A DNA stretch of 64,000 nt from the human T2T-CHM13v2.0 reference genome, Homo sapiens, in NCBI RefSeq assembly GCF_009914755.1, contig NC_060948.1; one strand, given 5' to 3'. The notes below the pieces were generated by a model. That model was not told the DNA's origin and ran no database searches. It was given only the letters and a program-made list of their open reading frames with translations. The position numbers were made by a program, and so were the translations under genes. This document shows positions 17,261-36,612 of this stretch, one piece after another; within the stretch, counting starts at the first letter, position 1, and each line of letters begins with the position of its first letter.

Positions 17261-19388
17261 AGATCCATATTTTTTAAATGAAAAAAAATTTCAAAGGTAC
17301 TCTGCTTGGTACAATAATCAAATGTATAAACTGAGGAATAAAACATAACCATGAAACCTACTTATAACTGCATATGGAAAATACAGAGGATAATTTTTTA
17401 AATAACATATTTTGAAAGCCTTAACTAGTAATTTGAAGAGTTGGCATTTGAAAGGCCAGTATGAATATACCTTCAAAGCAGCAACACAGGTTCCCCATGA
17501 GAAAAAGCAAACACAGGGAAAATAAAAACACAAAGGTTCAATCTCTTCTGACCTTTGAAAGACACAGCACAGACAGTGGTCCTTAGGACGAAGAGCAGGA
17601 GACCCCTAATTCCGTCACCATGGCGATAGAGCACAAACATTGCTGGGTGAGGGCACAATCCACATTGAGAGGTCCAACTGCTGCCAGGAAGACAGGAGTG
17701 CTTTTACATAGACCGAAAGGTCATTGAAGGCTCAGAGTTTTGTTTCAAGAACTGAATCCCAAGCCCACACGTTATTAGGCTGCGCTTCTTAAAACAAGTT
17801 ATGAGATGGGAAAAAGGGCACCCACAAACATACGTATACATTATGTATATAATAATATACAGTATCATATATATAATATATATAACCTATGTATAATATT
17901 GTTTTACATCCTGCATCTTATATTATATATATTGTATAAAATATAATAATTCATAATATATAACGTTTATATTTATACAATATGACATATAGTATATATT
18001 ATAATTTATGACATATATAATATATGTTATATATCATATATAGAATATATTATACGGTTAATATACGTATTAAATATAAATTATACATTATATATATTAT
18101 ATAAAATATATCTGTTATATATAATACCCTTTATGCATAATATATATATTATGTCTATGTTATATATAGTATAAAACAACATATAATAATATATAATTGT
18201 ATATATAAAATGCGACATATAATATATATTATATTTTATGACATATGTATTATATATTATATATTATATATAATACGTTGTATGTATAATACCTATATTA
18301 AATATATATTATATGACTATGTTATTAATTACATGTCACATATGTTATATATTATATATTTTACATAGAATATACCGGTTACATGCAATATATACTATGT
18401 TACCTATAATGTATAATTGATTACATGTAAAATAAAGAATGCAATATATTATGTATAATTTATAATATACAATATGTGGAATGTGATATATATAACATAT
18501 AATATATGATATATGATATACAGTATATAATATATAACATACAATATATGATACCTAATATATATGGTATACAATATATATTTTATGATATGTATTCTAT
18601 ATGTTTTATATTCTGTTATATATAACTATTTGAAATTATATATAACTGTATAATATTTTATGCAAATATGTAATATAATATATATAACTATATAATATAT
18701 TATATATAACTATATATTATGTTATATATACTTTTATCACATAATTTACATTAAATATCATAATATAATATATATTATATTATTTCACATTACATAATAT
18801 ATATTACATATCACCCAATATAAGTAACATACATAATATTATAATATAGATTATATTATGTTATATTAAATATCATATATATCATGTATCATATATTCTA
18901 TAATATATATTACACATTATATAATATGTATGTTGTCTATTTTGTGATATATAAAACTATATATATAATTATATTATTATACATATAACTAGATAAACAT
19001 GTAATTCTACATATTTTCATTTGTAATATATAGAATTATATAATCATATATAATTATTTATATTCTATAAAAAATTATATCATTATATAAATTATAATAT
19101 AAAAAAATTATAATATGTACTACAAATATACATATTATATATCATATATGATATAGTACCTTTGTTATATATCATAATACATATAAATGTGTATTATGTT
19201 ATCTTTAATTATATAATTTCATATATAAGATGTATAATATGTATTATATATTGTCTAGGTTATGTAATATATATAGTATATGTAAGCTGACACAGGATAA
19301 ATATTATATACTATGACATATAAAATATATGAGGTTATATGTTACATATAAGGCATAGCACATAACATGTAATATATATCATATATAA

Positions 19389-19680
<292 letters not shown>

Positions 19681-21803
19681 AGATCCATATTTTTTAAATG
19701 AAAAAAAATTTCAAAGGTACTCTGCTTGGTACAATAATCAAATGTATAAACTGAGGAATAAAACATAACCATGAAACCTACTTATAACTGCATATGGAAA
19801 ATACAGAGGATAATTTTTTAAATAACATATTTTGAAAGCCTTAACTAGTAATTTGAAGAGTTGGCATTTGAAAGGCCAGTATGAATATACCTTCAAAGCA
19901 GCAACACAGGTTCCCCATGAGAAAAAGCAAACACAGGGAAAATAAAAACACAAAGGTTCAATCTCTTCTGACCTTTGAAAGACACAGCACAGACAGTGGT
20001 CCTTAGGACGAAGAGCAGGAGACCCCTAATTCAGTCACCATGGCGATAGGGCACAAACATTGCTGGGTGAGGGCACAATCCACATTGAGAGGTCCAACTG
20101 CTGCCAGGAAGACAGGAGTGCTTTTACATAGACCGAAAGGTCATTGAAGGCTCAGAGTTTTGTTTCAAGAACTGAATCCCAAGCCCACACGTTATTAGGC
20201 TGCGCTTCTTAAAACAAGTTATGAGATGGGAAAAAGGGCACCCACAAACATACGTATATATTATGTATATAATAATATACAGTATCATATATATAATATA
20301 TATAACCTATGTATAATATTGTTTTACATCCTGCATCTTATATTATATATATTGTATAAAATATAATAATTCATAATATATAACGTTTATATTTATACAA
20401 TATGACATATAGTATATATTATAATTTATGACATATATAATATATGTTATATATCATATATAGAATATATTATACGGTTAATATACGTATTAAATATAAA
20501 TTATACATTATATATATTATATAAAATATATCTGTTATATATAATACCCTTTATGCATAATATATATATTATGTCTATGTTATATATAGTATAAAACAAC
20601 ATATAATAATATATAATTGTATATATAAAATGCGACATATAATATATATTATATTTTATGACATATGTATTATATATTATATATTATATATAATACGTTG
20701 TATGTATAATACCTATATTAAATATATATTATATGACTATGTTATTAATTACATGTCACATATGTTATATATTATATATTTTACATAGAATATACCGGTT
20801 ACATGCAATATATACTATGTTACCTATAATGTATAATTGATTACATGTAAAATAAAGAATGCAATATATTATGTATAATTTATAATATACAATATGTGGA
20901 ATGTGATATATATAACATATAATATATGATATATGATATACAGTATATGATATATAACATACAATATATGATACCTAATATATATGGTATACAATATATA
21001 TTTTATGATATGTATTCTATATGTTTTATATTCTGTTATATATAACTATTTGAAATTATATATAACTGTATAATATTTTATGCAAATATGTAATATAATA
21101 TATATAACTATATAATATATTATATATAACTATATATTATGTTATATATACTTTTATCACATAATTTACATTAAATATCATAATATAATATATATTATAT
21201 TATTTCACATTACATAATATATATTACATATCACCCAATATAAGTAACATACATAATATTATAATATAGATTATATTATGTTATATTAAATATCATATAT
21301 ATCATGTATCATATATTCTATAATATATATTACACATTATATAATATGTATGTTGTCTATTATGTGATATATATAACTATATATAATTATATTATTATAC
21401 ATATAACTAGATAAACATGTAATTCTACATATTTTCATTTATAATATATAGAATTATATAATCATATATAATTATTTATATTCTATAAAAAATTATATCA
21501 TTATATAAATTATAATATATAAAAATTATAATATGTACTACATATATATATTATATATCATATATGATATAGTACCTTTGTTATATATCATAATACATAT
21601 AAATGTGTATTATGTTATCTATAATTATATAATTTCATATATAAGTTGTATAATATGTATCAAATATTATATATGTGTGTAATATATATAGTATATATAA
21701 GCTGACACAGGATAAATATTATATACTATGACATATAAAATATATGAGGTTATATGTTACATATAAGGCATAGCACATAACATGTAATATATATCATATA
21801 TAA

Positions 21804-22095
21804 TTTTTTTTTAGACAGAGTCTTGTCCTGTTGCACAGGGTGGGGTACAATGGCGCCATCTTTGCTCACTGCAACATCTGCCTCAAGGGTCCAAGCGATT
21901 GGCCTCCCTCAGCCTCCCAGGTAGCTGGGACTACACCACACTGGGACTACACCAGCTGCCACCATGCCTAGCTAATTTTTTGGATTTTTAGTAGTGACAG
22001 CGTTTCACTGTATTGGCCAGGATGGTCTTGATCTCTTCACCTTGTGATCCCCTTGCCTTGGCCTCCAAATTTGCTGGGATTACAGGCCTGAGCCA
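21804..22095 (-). mobile_element. Diverged Alu, U10
   Basis: Same Alu motifs; extra HaeIII site as in U4. Confidence 0.93.
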
Positions 22096-24200
22096 AGATC
22101 CATATTTTTTAAATGAAAAAAAATTTCAAAGGTACTCTGCTTGGTACAATAATCAAATGTATAAACTGAGGAATAAAACATAACCATGAAACCTACTTAT
22201 AACTGCATATGGAAAATACAGAGGATAATTTTTTAAATAACATATTTTGAAAGCCTTAACTAGTAATTTGAAGAGTTGGCATTTGAAAGGCCAGTATGAA
22301 TATACCTTCAAAGCAGCAACACAGGTTCCCCATGAGAAAAAGCAAACACAGGGAAAATAAAAACACAAAGGTTCAATCTCTTCTGACCTTTGAAAGACAC
22401 AGCACAGACAGTGGTCCTTAGGACGAAGAGCAGGAGACCCCTAATTCCGTCACCATGGCGATAGGGCATAAACATTGCTGGGTGAGGGCACAATCCACAT
22501 TGTGAGGTCCAACTGCTGCCAGGAAGACAGGAGTGCTTTTACATAGACCGAAAGGTCATTGAAGGCTCAGAGTTTTGTTTCAAGAACTGAATCCCAAGCC
22601 CACACGTTATTAGGCTGCGCTTCTTAAAACAAGTTATGAGATGGGAAAAAGGGCACCCACAAACATACGTATACATTATGTATATAATAATATACAGTAT
22701 CATATATATAATATATATAACCTATGTATAATATTGTTTTATATCCTGCATCTTCTGTTATATATATTGTATAAAATATAATAATTGATAATATATAAGT
22801 TTTATAATTATACAATATGACATATAGTATATATTATAATTTATGACATATATAATATATGTTATACATCATATATAGAATATATTATACGGTTAATATA
22901 CGTATTAAATATAAATTATACATTATATATATTATATATAATATATCTGTTATATATAATACCCATTATGCATAATATATATATTATGTCTATGTTATAT
23001 ATAGTATAAAACAACATATAATAATATATAATTGTATATATAAAATGCAACATATAATATATATTATATTTTATAACATATGTAATATATATTATATATT
23101 ATATATAATACGTTGTATGTATAATACCTATATTAAATATATATTATATGACTATGTTATTAATTACATGTCACATGTGTTATATATTATATATTTTACA
23201 TAGAATATACCGGTTACATACAATATATACTATGTTACCTATAATGTATAATTTATTACATGTAAAATAAAGAATGCAATATATTATGTATAATTTATAA
23301 TATACAATATGTGGAATGTGATATATATAACATATAATATATGATATATGATATACAGTATATGATATATAACATACAATATATGATTCCTAATATATAT
23401 GGTATACAATATATATTTTATGATATGTATTCTATATGTTTTATATTCTGTTATATATAACTATTTGAAATTATATATAACTGTATAATATTTTATGTAA
23501 ATATGTAATATAATATATATAACTATATAATGTATTATATATAAATATATATTATGTTATATATACTTTTATAACATAATTTACATAAAATATCATAACA
23601 TAATATATATTATATTATTTCATATTACATAATATATATTACATATCACCCAATATAACTAACATACATAATATTATAATATAGATTATATTATGTTATA
23701 TTAAATATCATATATATCATGTATCATATATTCTATAATATATATTACACATTATATAATATGTATGTTGTCTATTATGTGATATATATAACTCTATATA
23801 TAATTTTATTTTTATACATATAACTAGATAAACATGTAATTCTACATATTTTCATTTACAATATGTAGAATTATATAATCATATATAATTATTTATATTC
23901 TATAAAAAATTTTATCATTAAATAAATTATAATATATAAAAATTATAATATGTACTACAAATATATATATTATATATCATATATGATATAGTACCTTTGT
24001 TATATATCATAATACATATAAATGTGTATTATGTTATCTATAAATATATAATTTCATATATAAGATGTATAATATGTATCATATATTATATATGTTATGT
24101 AATATACATAGTATATATAAGATGACACAGGATAAATATTATATACTATGACATATAAAATATATCAGTTTATATGTTACATATAAGGCATAGCACATAA

Positions 24201-24515
<315 letters not shown>

Positions 24516-26619
24516 AGATCCATATTTTTTAAATGAAAAAAAATTTCAAAGGTACTCTGCTTGGTACAATAATCAAATGTATAAACTGAGGAATAAAACA
24601 TAACCATGAAACCTACTTATAACTGCATATGGAAAATACAGAGGATAATTTTTTAAATAACATATTTTGAAAGCCTTAACTAGTAATTTGAAGAGCTGGC
24701 ATTTGAAAGGCCAGTATGAATATACCTTCAAAGCAGCAACACAGGTTCCCCATGAGAAAAAGCAAACACAGGGAAAATAAAAACACAAAGGTTCAATCTC
24801 TTCTGACCTTTGAAAGACACAGCACAGACAGTGGTCCTTAGGACGAAGAGCAGGAGACCCCTAATTCCGTCACCATGGCGATAGGGCATAAACATTGCTG
24901 GGTGAGGGCACAATCCACATTGTGAGGTCCAACTGCTGCCAGGAAGACAGGAGTGCTTTTACATAGACCGAAAGGTCATTGAAGGCTCAGAGTTTTGTTT
25001 CAAGAACTGTATCCCAAGCCCACACGTTATTAGGCTGCGCTTCTTAAAACAAGTTATGAGATGGGAAAAAGGGCACCCACAAACATACGTATACATTATG
25101 TATATAATAATATACAGTATCATATATATAATATATATAACCTATGTATAATATTGTTTTACATCCTGCATCTTATGTTATATATATTGTATAAAATATA
25201 ATAATTGATAATATATAAGATTTATATTTATACAATATGACATATAGTATATATTATAATTTATGACATATATAATATATGTTATATATCATATATAGAA
25301 TATATTATACGGTTAATATACGTATTAAATATAAATTATACATTATATATATTATATATAATATATCTGTTATATATAATACCCATAATGAATAATATAT
25401 ATATTATGTCTATGTTATATATAGTATAAAACAACATATAATAATATATAATTGTATATATAAAATGCGACATATAATATATATTATATTTTATAACATA
25501 TGTAATATATATTATATATTATATATAATACGTTGTATGTATAATACCTATATTAAATATATATTATATGACTATGTTATTAATTTCATGTCACAAGTGT
25601 TATATATTATATATTTTACATAGAATATACCGGTTACATACAATATATACTATGTTACTATAATGTATAATTTATTACATGTAAAATAAAGAATGCCATA
25701 TATTATGTATAATTTATAATATACCATATGTGGAATGTGATATATATAACATATAATATATGATATATGATATACAGTATATGATATATAACATACAATA
25801 TATGATTCCTAATATATATGGTATACAATATATATTTTATGATATGTATTCTATATGTTTTATATTCTGTTATATATAACTATTTGAAATTATATATAAC
25901 TGTATAATATTTTATGTGAATATGTAATATAATATATATAACTATATAATATATTATATATAACTATATATTATGTTATATATACTTTTATAACATAATT
26001 TACATAAAATATCATAACATAATATATATTATATTATTTCATATTACATAATATATATTACATATCACCCAATATAACTAACATACATAATATTATAATA
26101 TAGATTATATTATGTTATATTAAATATCATATATATCATGTATCATATATTCTATAATATATATTACACATTATATAATATGTATGTTGTCTATTATGTG
26201 ATATATATAACTATATATATAATTATATTTTTATACATATAACTAGATAAACATGTAATTCTACATATTTTCATTTATAATATGTAGAATTATATAATCA
26301 TATATAATTATTTATATTCTATAAAAAATTTTATCATTATATAAATTATAATATATAAAAATTATAATATGTACTACAAATATATATATTATATATCATA
26401 TATGCTATAGTACCTTTGTTATATATCATAATACATATAAATGTGTATTATGTTATCTATAATTATATAATTTCATATATAAGTTGTATAATATGTTTCA
26501 TATATTATATATGTTATGTAATATATATAGTATATATAAGATGACACAGGATAAATATTATATACTATGACATATAAAATATATGAGGTTATATGTTACA
26601 TATAAGGCATAGCACATAA

Positions 26620-26934
<315 letters not shown>

Positions 26935-29038
26935 AGATCCATATTTTTTAAATGAAAAAAAATTTCAAAGGTACTCTGCTTGGTACAATAATCAAATGTA
27001 TAAACTGAGGAATAAACCATAACCATGAAACCTACTTATAACTGCATATGGAAAATACAGAGGATAATTTTTTAAATAACATATATTGAAAGCCTTAACT
27101 AGTAATTTGAAGAGCTGGCATTTGAAAGGCCAGTATGAATATACCTTCAAAGCAGCAACACAGGTTCCCCATGAGAAAAAGCAAACACAGGGAAAGTAAA
27201 AACACAAAGGTTCAATCTCTTCTGACCTTTGAAAGACACAGCACAGACAGTGGTCCTTAGGACGAAGAGCAGGAGACCCCTAATTCCGTCACCATGGCGA
27301 TAGGGCATAAACATTGCTGGGTGAGGGCACAATCCACATTGTGAGGTCCAACTGCTGCCAGGAAGACAGGAGTGCTTTTACATAGACCGAAAGGTCATTG
27401 AAGGCTCAGAGTTTTGTTTCAAGAACTGAATCCCAAGCCCACACGTTATTAGGCTGCGCTTCTTAAAACAAGTTATGAGATGGGAAAAAGGGCACCCACA
27501 AACATACGTATACATTATGTATATAATAATATACAGTATCATATATATAATATATATAACCTATGTATAATATTGTTTTACATCCTGCATCTTATGTTAT
27601 ATATATTGTATAAAATATAATAATTGATAATATATAAGTTTTATAATTATACAGTAAGACATATAGTATATATTATAATTTATGACATATGTAATATATG
27701 TTATAAGTCATATATAGAATATATTATACGGTTAATATACGTATTAAATATAAATTATACATTATATATATTATATATAATATATCTGTTATATATAATA
27801 CCCATTATGCATAATATATATATTATGTCTATGTTATATATAGTATAAAACAACATATAATAATATATAAATGTATATATAAAATGCGACATATAATATA
27901 TATTATATTTTATAACATATGTAATATATATTATATATTATATATAATATGTTGTATGTATAATACCTATATTAAATATATATTATATGACTATGTTATT
28001 AATTACATGTCACATGTGTTATATATTATATATTTTACATAGAATATACCGGTTACATACAACATATACTATGTTACCTATAATGTATAATTTATTACAT
28101 GTAAAATAAAGAATGCAATATATTATGTATAATTTATAATATACCATATGTGGAATGTGATATATATAACATATAATATATGATATATGATATACAGTAT
28201 ATGATATATAACATACAATATATGATTCCTAATATATATGGTATACAATATATATTTTATGATATGTATTCTATATGTTTTATATTCTGTTATATATAAC
28301 TATTTGAAATTATATATAACTCTATAATATTTTATGTAAATATGTAATATAATATATATAACTATATAATATATTATATATAACTATATATTATATTATA
28401 TATACTTTTATAACATAATTTACATAAAATATCATAATATAATATATATTATATTATTTCATATTACATAATACATATTACATATCACCCAATATAACTA
28501 CCATACATAATATTATAATATAGATTATATTATGTTATATTAAATATCATATATATCATGTATCATATATTCTATAATATATATTACACGTTATATAATA
28601 TGTATGTTGTCTATTATGTGATATATATAACTATATATATAATTATATTTTTATACATATAACTAGATAAACCTGTAATTCTACATATTTTCATTTATAA
28701 TATGTAGAATTATATAATCATATATAATTATTTATATTCTATAAAAATTTTATCATTATATAAAGTATAATATATAAAAATTATAATATGTACTACAAAT
28801 ATATATATTATATATCATATATGCTATAGTACCTTTGTTATATATCATAATACATATAAATGTGTATTATGTTATCTATAATTATATAATTTCATATATA
28901 AGTTGTATAATATGTATCATATATTATATATGTTATGTAATATATATAGTATATATAAGATGACACAGGATAAATATTATATACTATGACATATAAAATA
29001 TATGAGGTTATATGTTACATATAAGGCATAGCACATAA

Positions 29039-29353
<315 letters not shown>

Positions 29354-31458
29354 AGATCCATATTTTTTAAATGAAAAAAAATTTCAAAGGTACTCTGCTT
29401 GGTACAATAATCAAATGTATAAACTGAGGAATAAACCATAACCATGAAACCTACTTATAACTGCATATGGAAAATACAGAGGATAATTTTTTAAATAACA
29501 TATTTTGAAAGCCTTAACTAGTAATTTGAAGAGTTGGCATTTGAAAGGCCAGTATGAATATACCTTCAAAGCAGCAACACAGGTTCCCCATGAGAAAAAG
29601 CAAACACAGGGAAAATAAAAACACAAAGGTTCAATCTCTTCTGACCTTTGAAAGACACAGCACAGACAGTGGTCCTTAGGACGAAGAGCAGGAGACCCCT
29701 AATTCCGTCACCATGGCGATAGGGCATAAACATTGCTGGGTGAGGGCACAATCCACATTGTGAGGTCCAACTGCTGCCAGGAAGACAGGAGTGCTTTTAC
29801 ATAGACCGAAAGGTCATTGAAGGCTCAGAGTTTTGTTTCAAGAACTGAATCCCAAGCCCACACGTTATTAGGCTGCGCTTCTTAAAACAAGTTATGAGAT
29901 GGGAAAAAGGGCACCCACAAACATACGTATACATTATGTATATAATAATATACAGTATCATATATATAATATATATAACCTATGTATAATATTGTTTTAC
30001 ATCCTGCATCTTATGTTATATATATTGTATAAAATATAATAATTGATAATATATAAGTTTTATATTTATACAATATGACATATAATATATATTATAATTT
30101 ATGACATATATAATATATGTTATATATCATATATAGAATATATTATACGGTTAATATACGTATTAAATATAAATTATACATTATATATATTATATATAAT
30201 ATATCTGTTATATATAATAACCATTATGCATAATATATACATTATGTCTATGTTATATATAGTATAAAACAACATATAATAATATATAATTGTATATGTA
30301 AAATGCGACATATAATATATATTATATTTTATAACATATGTAATATATATTATACATTATATATAATACGTTGTATGAATAATACCTATATTAAATATAT
30401 ATTATATGACTATGTTATTAATTACATGTCACATGTGTTATATATTATATATTTTACATAGAATATACCGGTTGCATACAATATATACTATGTTACCTAT
30501 AATGTATAATTTATTACATGTAAAATAAAGAATGCAATATATTATGTATAATTTATAATATACAATATGTGGAATGTGATATATATAACATATAATATAT
30601 GATATATGATATAGAGTATATGATATATAACATACAATATATGATTCCTAATATATATGGTATACAATATATATTTTATGATATGTATTCTATACGTTTT
30701 ATATTCTGTTATATATAACTATTTGAAATTATATATAACTGTATAATATTTTATGTAAATATGTAATATAATATATATAACTATATAATATATTATATAT
30801 AACTATATATTATGTTATATATACTTTTATAACATAATTTACATAAAATATCATAATATAATATATATTATATTATTTCATATTACATAATATATATTAC
30901 ATATCACCCAATATAACTAACATACATAATATTATAATATAGATTATATTGTGTTATATTAAATATCATATATATCATGTATCATATATTCTATAATATA
31001 TAATACACATTATATAATATGTATGTTGTCTATTATGTGATATATATAACTATATATATAATTATATTTTTATACATATAACTAGATAAACATGTAATTC
31101 TACATATTTTCATTTATAATATGTAGAATTATATAATCATATATAATTATTTATATTCTATAAAAAATTTTATCATTATATAAATTATAATATATAAAAA
31201 TTATAATATGTACTACAAATATATATATTATATATCATATATGCTATAGTTCCTTTGTTATATATCATAATACATATAAATGTGTATTATGTTATCTATA
31301 ATTATATAATTTCATATATAAGTTGTATAATATGTATCATATATTATATATGTTATGTAATATATATAGTATATATAAGATGACACAGGATAAATATTAT
31401 ATACTATGACATATAAAATATATGAGGTTATATGTTACATATAAGGCATAGCACATAA

Positions 31459-31773
<315 letters not shown>

Positions 31774-33877
31774 AGATCCATATTTTTTAAATGAAAAAAA
31801 ATTTCAAAGGTACTCTGCTTGGTACAATAATCAAATGTATAAACTGAAGAATAAAACATAACCATGAAACCTACTTATAACTGCATATGGAAAATACAGA
31901 GGATAATTTTTTAAATAACATATTTTGAAAGCCTTAACTAGTAATTTGAAGAGTTGGCATTTGAAAGGCCAGTATGAATATACCTTCAAAGCAGCAACAC
32001 AGGTTCCCCATGAGAAAAAGCAAACACAGGGAAAATAAAAACACAAAGGTTCAATCTCTTCTGACCTTTGAAAGACACAGCACAGACAGTGGTCCTTAGG
32101 ACGAAGAGCAGGAGACCCCTAATTCCGTCACCATGGCGATAGGGCATAAACATTGCTGGGTGAGGGCACAATCCACATTGTGAGGTCCAACTGCTGCCAG
32201 GAAGACAGGAGTGCTTTTACATAGACCGAAAGGTCATTGAAGGCTCAGAGTTTTGTTTCAAGAACTGAATCCCAAGCCCACACGTTATTAGGCTGCGCTT
32301 CTTAAAACAAGTTATGAGATGGGAAAAAGGGCACCCACAAACTTACGTATACATTATGTATATAATAATATACAGTATCATATATATAATATATATAACC
32401 TATGTATAATATTGTTTTACATCCTGCATCTTATGTTATATATATTGTATAAAATATAATAATTGATAATATATAAGTTTTATAATTATACAATATGACA
32501 TATAGTATATATTATAATTTATGACATATGTAATATATGTTATATGTCATATATAGAATATATTATACGGTTAACATACGTATTAAATATAAATTATACA
32601 TTATATATATTATATATAATATATCTGTTATATGTAATACCCATTATGCATAATATATATATTATGTCTATGTTATATATTGTATAAAACAACATATAAT
32701 AATATATAATTGTATATATAAAATGCGACATATAATATATATTATATTTTATAACATATGTAATATATATTATATATTATATATAATACGTTGAATGTAT
32801 AATACCTATATTAAATATATATTATATGACTATGTTATTAATTACATGTCACATGTGTTATATATTATATATTTTACATAGAATATACTGGTTACATACA
32901 ATATATACTATGTTACCTATAATGTATAATTTATTACCTGTAAAATAAAGAATGCAATATATTATGTAAAATTTATAATATACCATATGTGGAATGTCAT
33001 ATATATAACATATAATATATGATATATGATATACAGTATATGATATATAACATACAATATATGATTCGTAATATATATGGTATGCAATATATATTTTATG
33101 ATATGTATTCTATATGTTTTATATTCTGTTATATATAACTATTTGAAATTATATATAACTGTATAATATTTTATGTAAATATGTAATATAATATATATAA
33201 TATATAATATATTATATATAACTATATATTATGTTATATATACTTTTATAACATAATTTACATAAAATATCATAATATAATATATATTATATTATTTCAT
33301 ATTACATAATATATATTACATATCACCCAATATAACTAACATACATAATATTATAATATAGATTATATTATGTTATATTAAATATCATATATATCATGTA
33401 TCATATATTCTATAATATATATTACACATTATATAATATGTATGTTGTCTATTATGTGATATATATAACTATATATATAATTATATTTTTATACATATAA
33501 CTAGATAAACATGTAATTCTACATATTTTCATTTATAATATGTAGAATTATATAATCATATATAATTATTTATATTCTATAAAAAATTTTATCATTATAT
33601 AAATTATAATATATAAAAATTATAATATGTACTACAAATATATATATTATATATCATATATGATATACTACCTTTGTTATATATCATAATACATATAAAT
33701 GTGTATTATGTTATCTATAATTATATAATTTCATATATAAGATGTATAATATGTATCATACATTACATATGTTATGTAATATATATAGTATATATAAGAT
33801 GACACAGGATAAATATTATATACTATGACATATAAAATATATGAGGTTATATGTTACATATAAGGCATAGCACATAA

Positions 33878-34192
<315 letters not shown>

Positions 34193-36297
34193 AGATCCAT
34201 ATTTTTTAAATGAAAAAAAATTTCAAAGGTACTCTGCTTGGTACAATAATCAAATGTATAAACTGAGGAATAAAACATAACCATGAAACCTACTTATAAC
34301 TGCATATGGAAAATACAGAGGATAATTTTTTAAATAACATATTTTGAAAGCCTTAACTAGTAATTTGAAGAGTTGGCATTTGAAAGGCCAGTATGAATAT
34401 ACCTTCAAAGCAGCAACACAGGTTCCCCATGAGAAAAAGCAAACACAGGGAAAATAAAAACACAAAGGTTCAATCTCTTCTGACCTTTGAAAGACACAGC
34501 ACAGACAGTGGTCCTTAGGACGAAGAGCAGGAGACCCCTAATTCCGTCACCATGGCGATAGGGCATAAACATTGCTGGGTGAGGGCACAATCCACATTGT
34601 GAGGTCCAACTGCTGCCAGGAAGACAGGAGTGCTTTTACATAGACCGAAAGGTCATTGAAGGCTCAGAGTTTTGTTTCAAGAACTGAATCCCAAGCCCAC
34701 ACGTTATTAGGCTGCACTTCTTAAAACAAGTTATGAGATGGGAAAAAGGGCACCCACAAACATACGTATACATTATGTATATAATAATATACAGTATCAT
34801 ATATATAATATATATAACCTATGTATAATATTGTTTTACATCCTGCATCTTATGTTATATATATTGTATAAAATATAATAATTGATAATATATAAGTTTT
34901 ATAATTATACAATATGACATATAGTATATATTATAATTTATGACATATATAATATATGTTATATGTCATATATAGAATATATTATACGGTTAACATACGT
35001 ATTAAATATAAATTATACATTCTATATATTATATATAATATATCTGTTATATATAATACCCATTATGCATAATATATATATTATGTCTATGTTATATATA
35101 GTATAAAACAACATATAATAATATATAATTGTATATATAAAATGCGACATATAATATTTATTATATTTTATAACATATGAAATATATATTATATATTATA
35201 TATAATACGTTGTATGTATAATACCTATATTAAATATATATTATATGACTATGTTATTAATTACATGTCACATGTGTTATATATTATATATTTTACATAG
35301 AATATACCGGTTACATACAATATATACTATGTTACCTATAATGTATTATTTATTACATGTAAAATAAAGAATGCAATATATTATGTATAATTTATAATAT
35401 ACCATATGTGGAATGTCATATATATAACATATAATATATGATATATGATATACAGTATATGATATATAACATACAATATATGATTCCTAATACATATGGT
35501 ATACAATATATATTTTATGATATGTATTCTATATGTTTTATATTCTGTTATATATAACTATTTGAAATTATATATAACTGTATAATATTTTATGTAAATA
35601 TGTAATATAATATATATAACTATATAATATATTATATATAACTATATATTATGTTATATATACTTTTATAACATAATTTACATAAAATATCATAATATAA
35701 TATATATTATATTATTTCATATTACATAATATATATTACATATCACCCAATATAACTAACATACATAATATTAGAATATAGATTATATTATGTTATATTA
35801 AATATCATCTATATCATGTATCATATATTCTATAATATATATTACACACTATATAATATGTGTGTTGTCTATTATGTGATATATATAACTCTATATATAA
35901 TTATATTTTTATACATATAACTAGATAAACATGTAATTCTACATATTTTCATTTATAATATGTAGAATTATATAATCATATATAATTATTTATATTCTAT
36001 AAAAAATTTTATCTTTATATAAATTATAATATATAAAAATTATAATATGTACTACAAATATATATATTATATATCATATATGATATAGTACCTTTGTTAT
36101 ATATCATAATACATATAAATGTGTATTATGTTATCTATAATTATATAATTTCATATATAAGATGTATAATATGTATCATATATTATATATGTTATGTAAT
36201 ATATGTAGTATATATAAGATGACACAGGATAAATATTATATACTATGACATATAAAATATATGAGGTTATATGTTACATATAAGGCATAGCACATAA

Positions 36298-36612
<315 letters not shown>
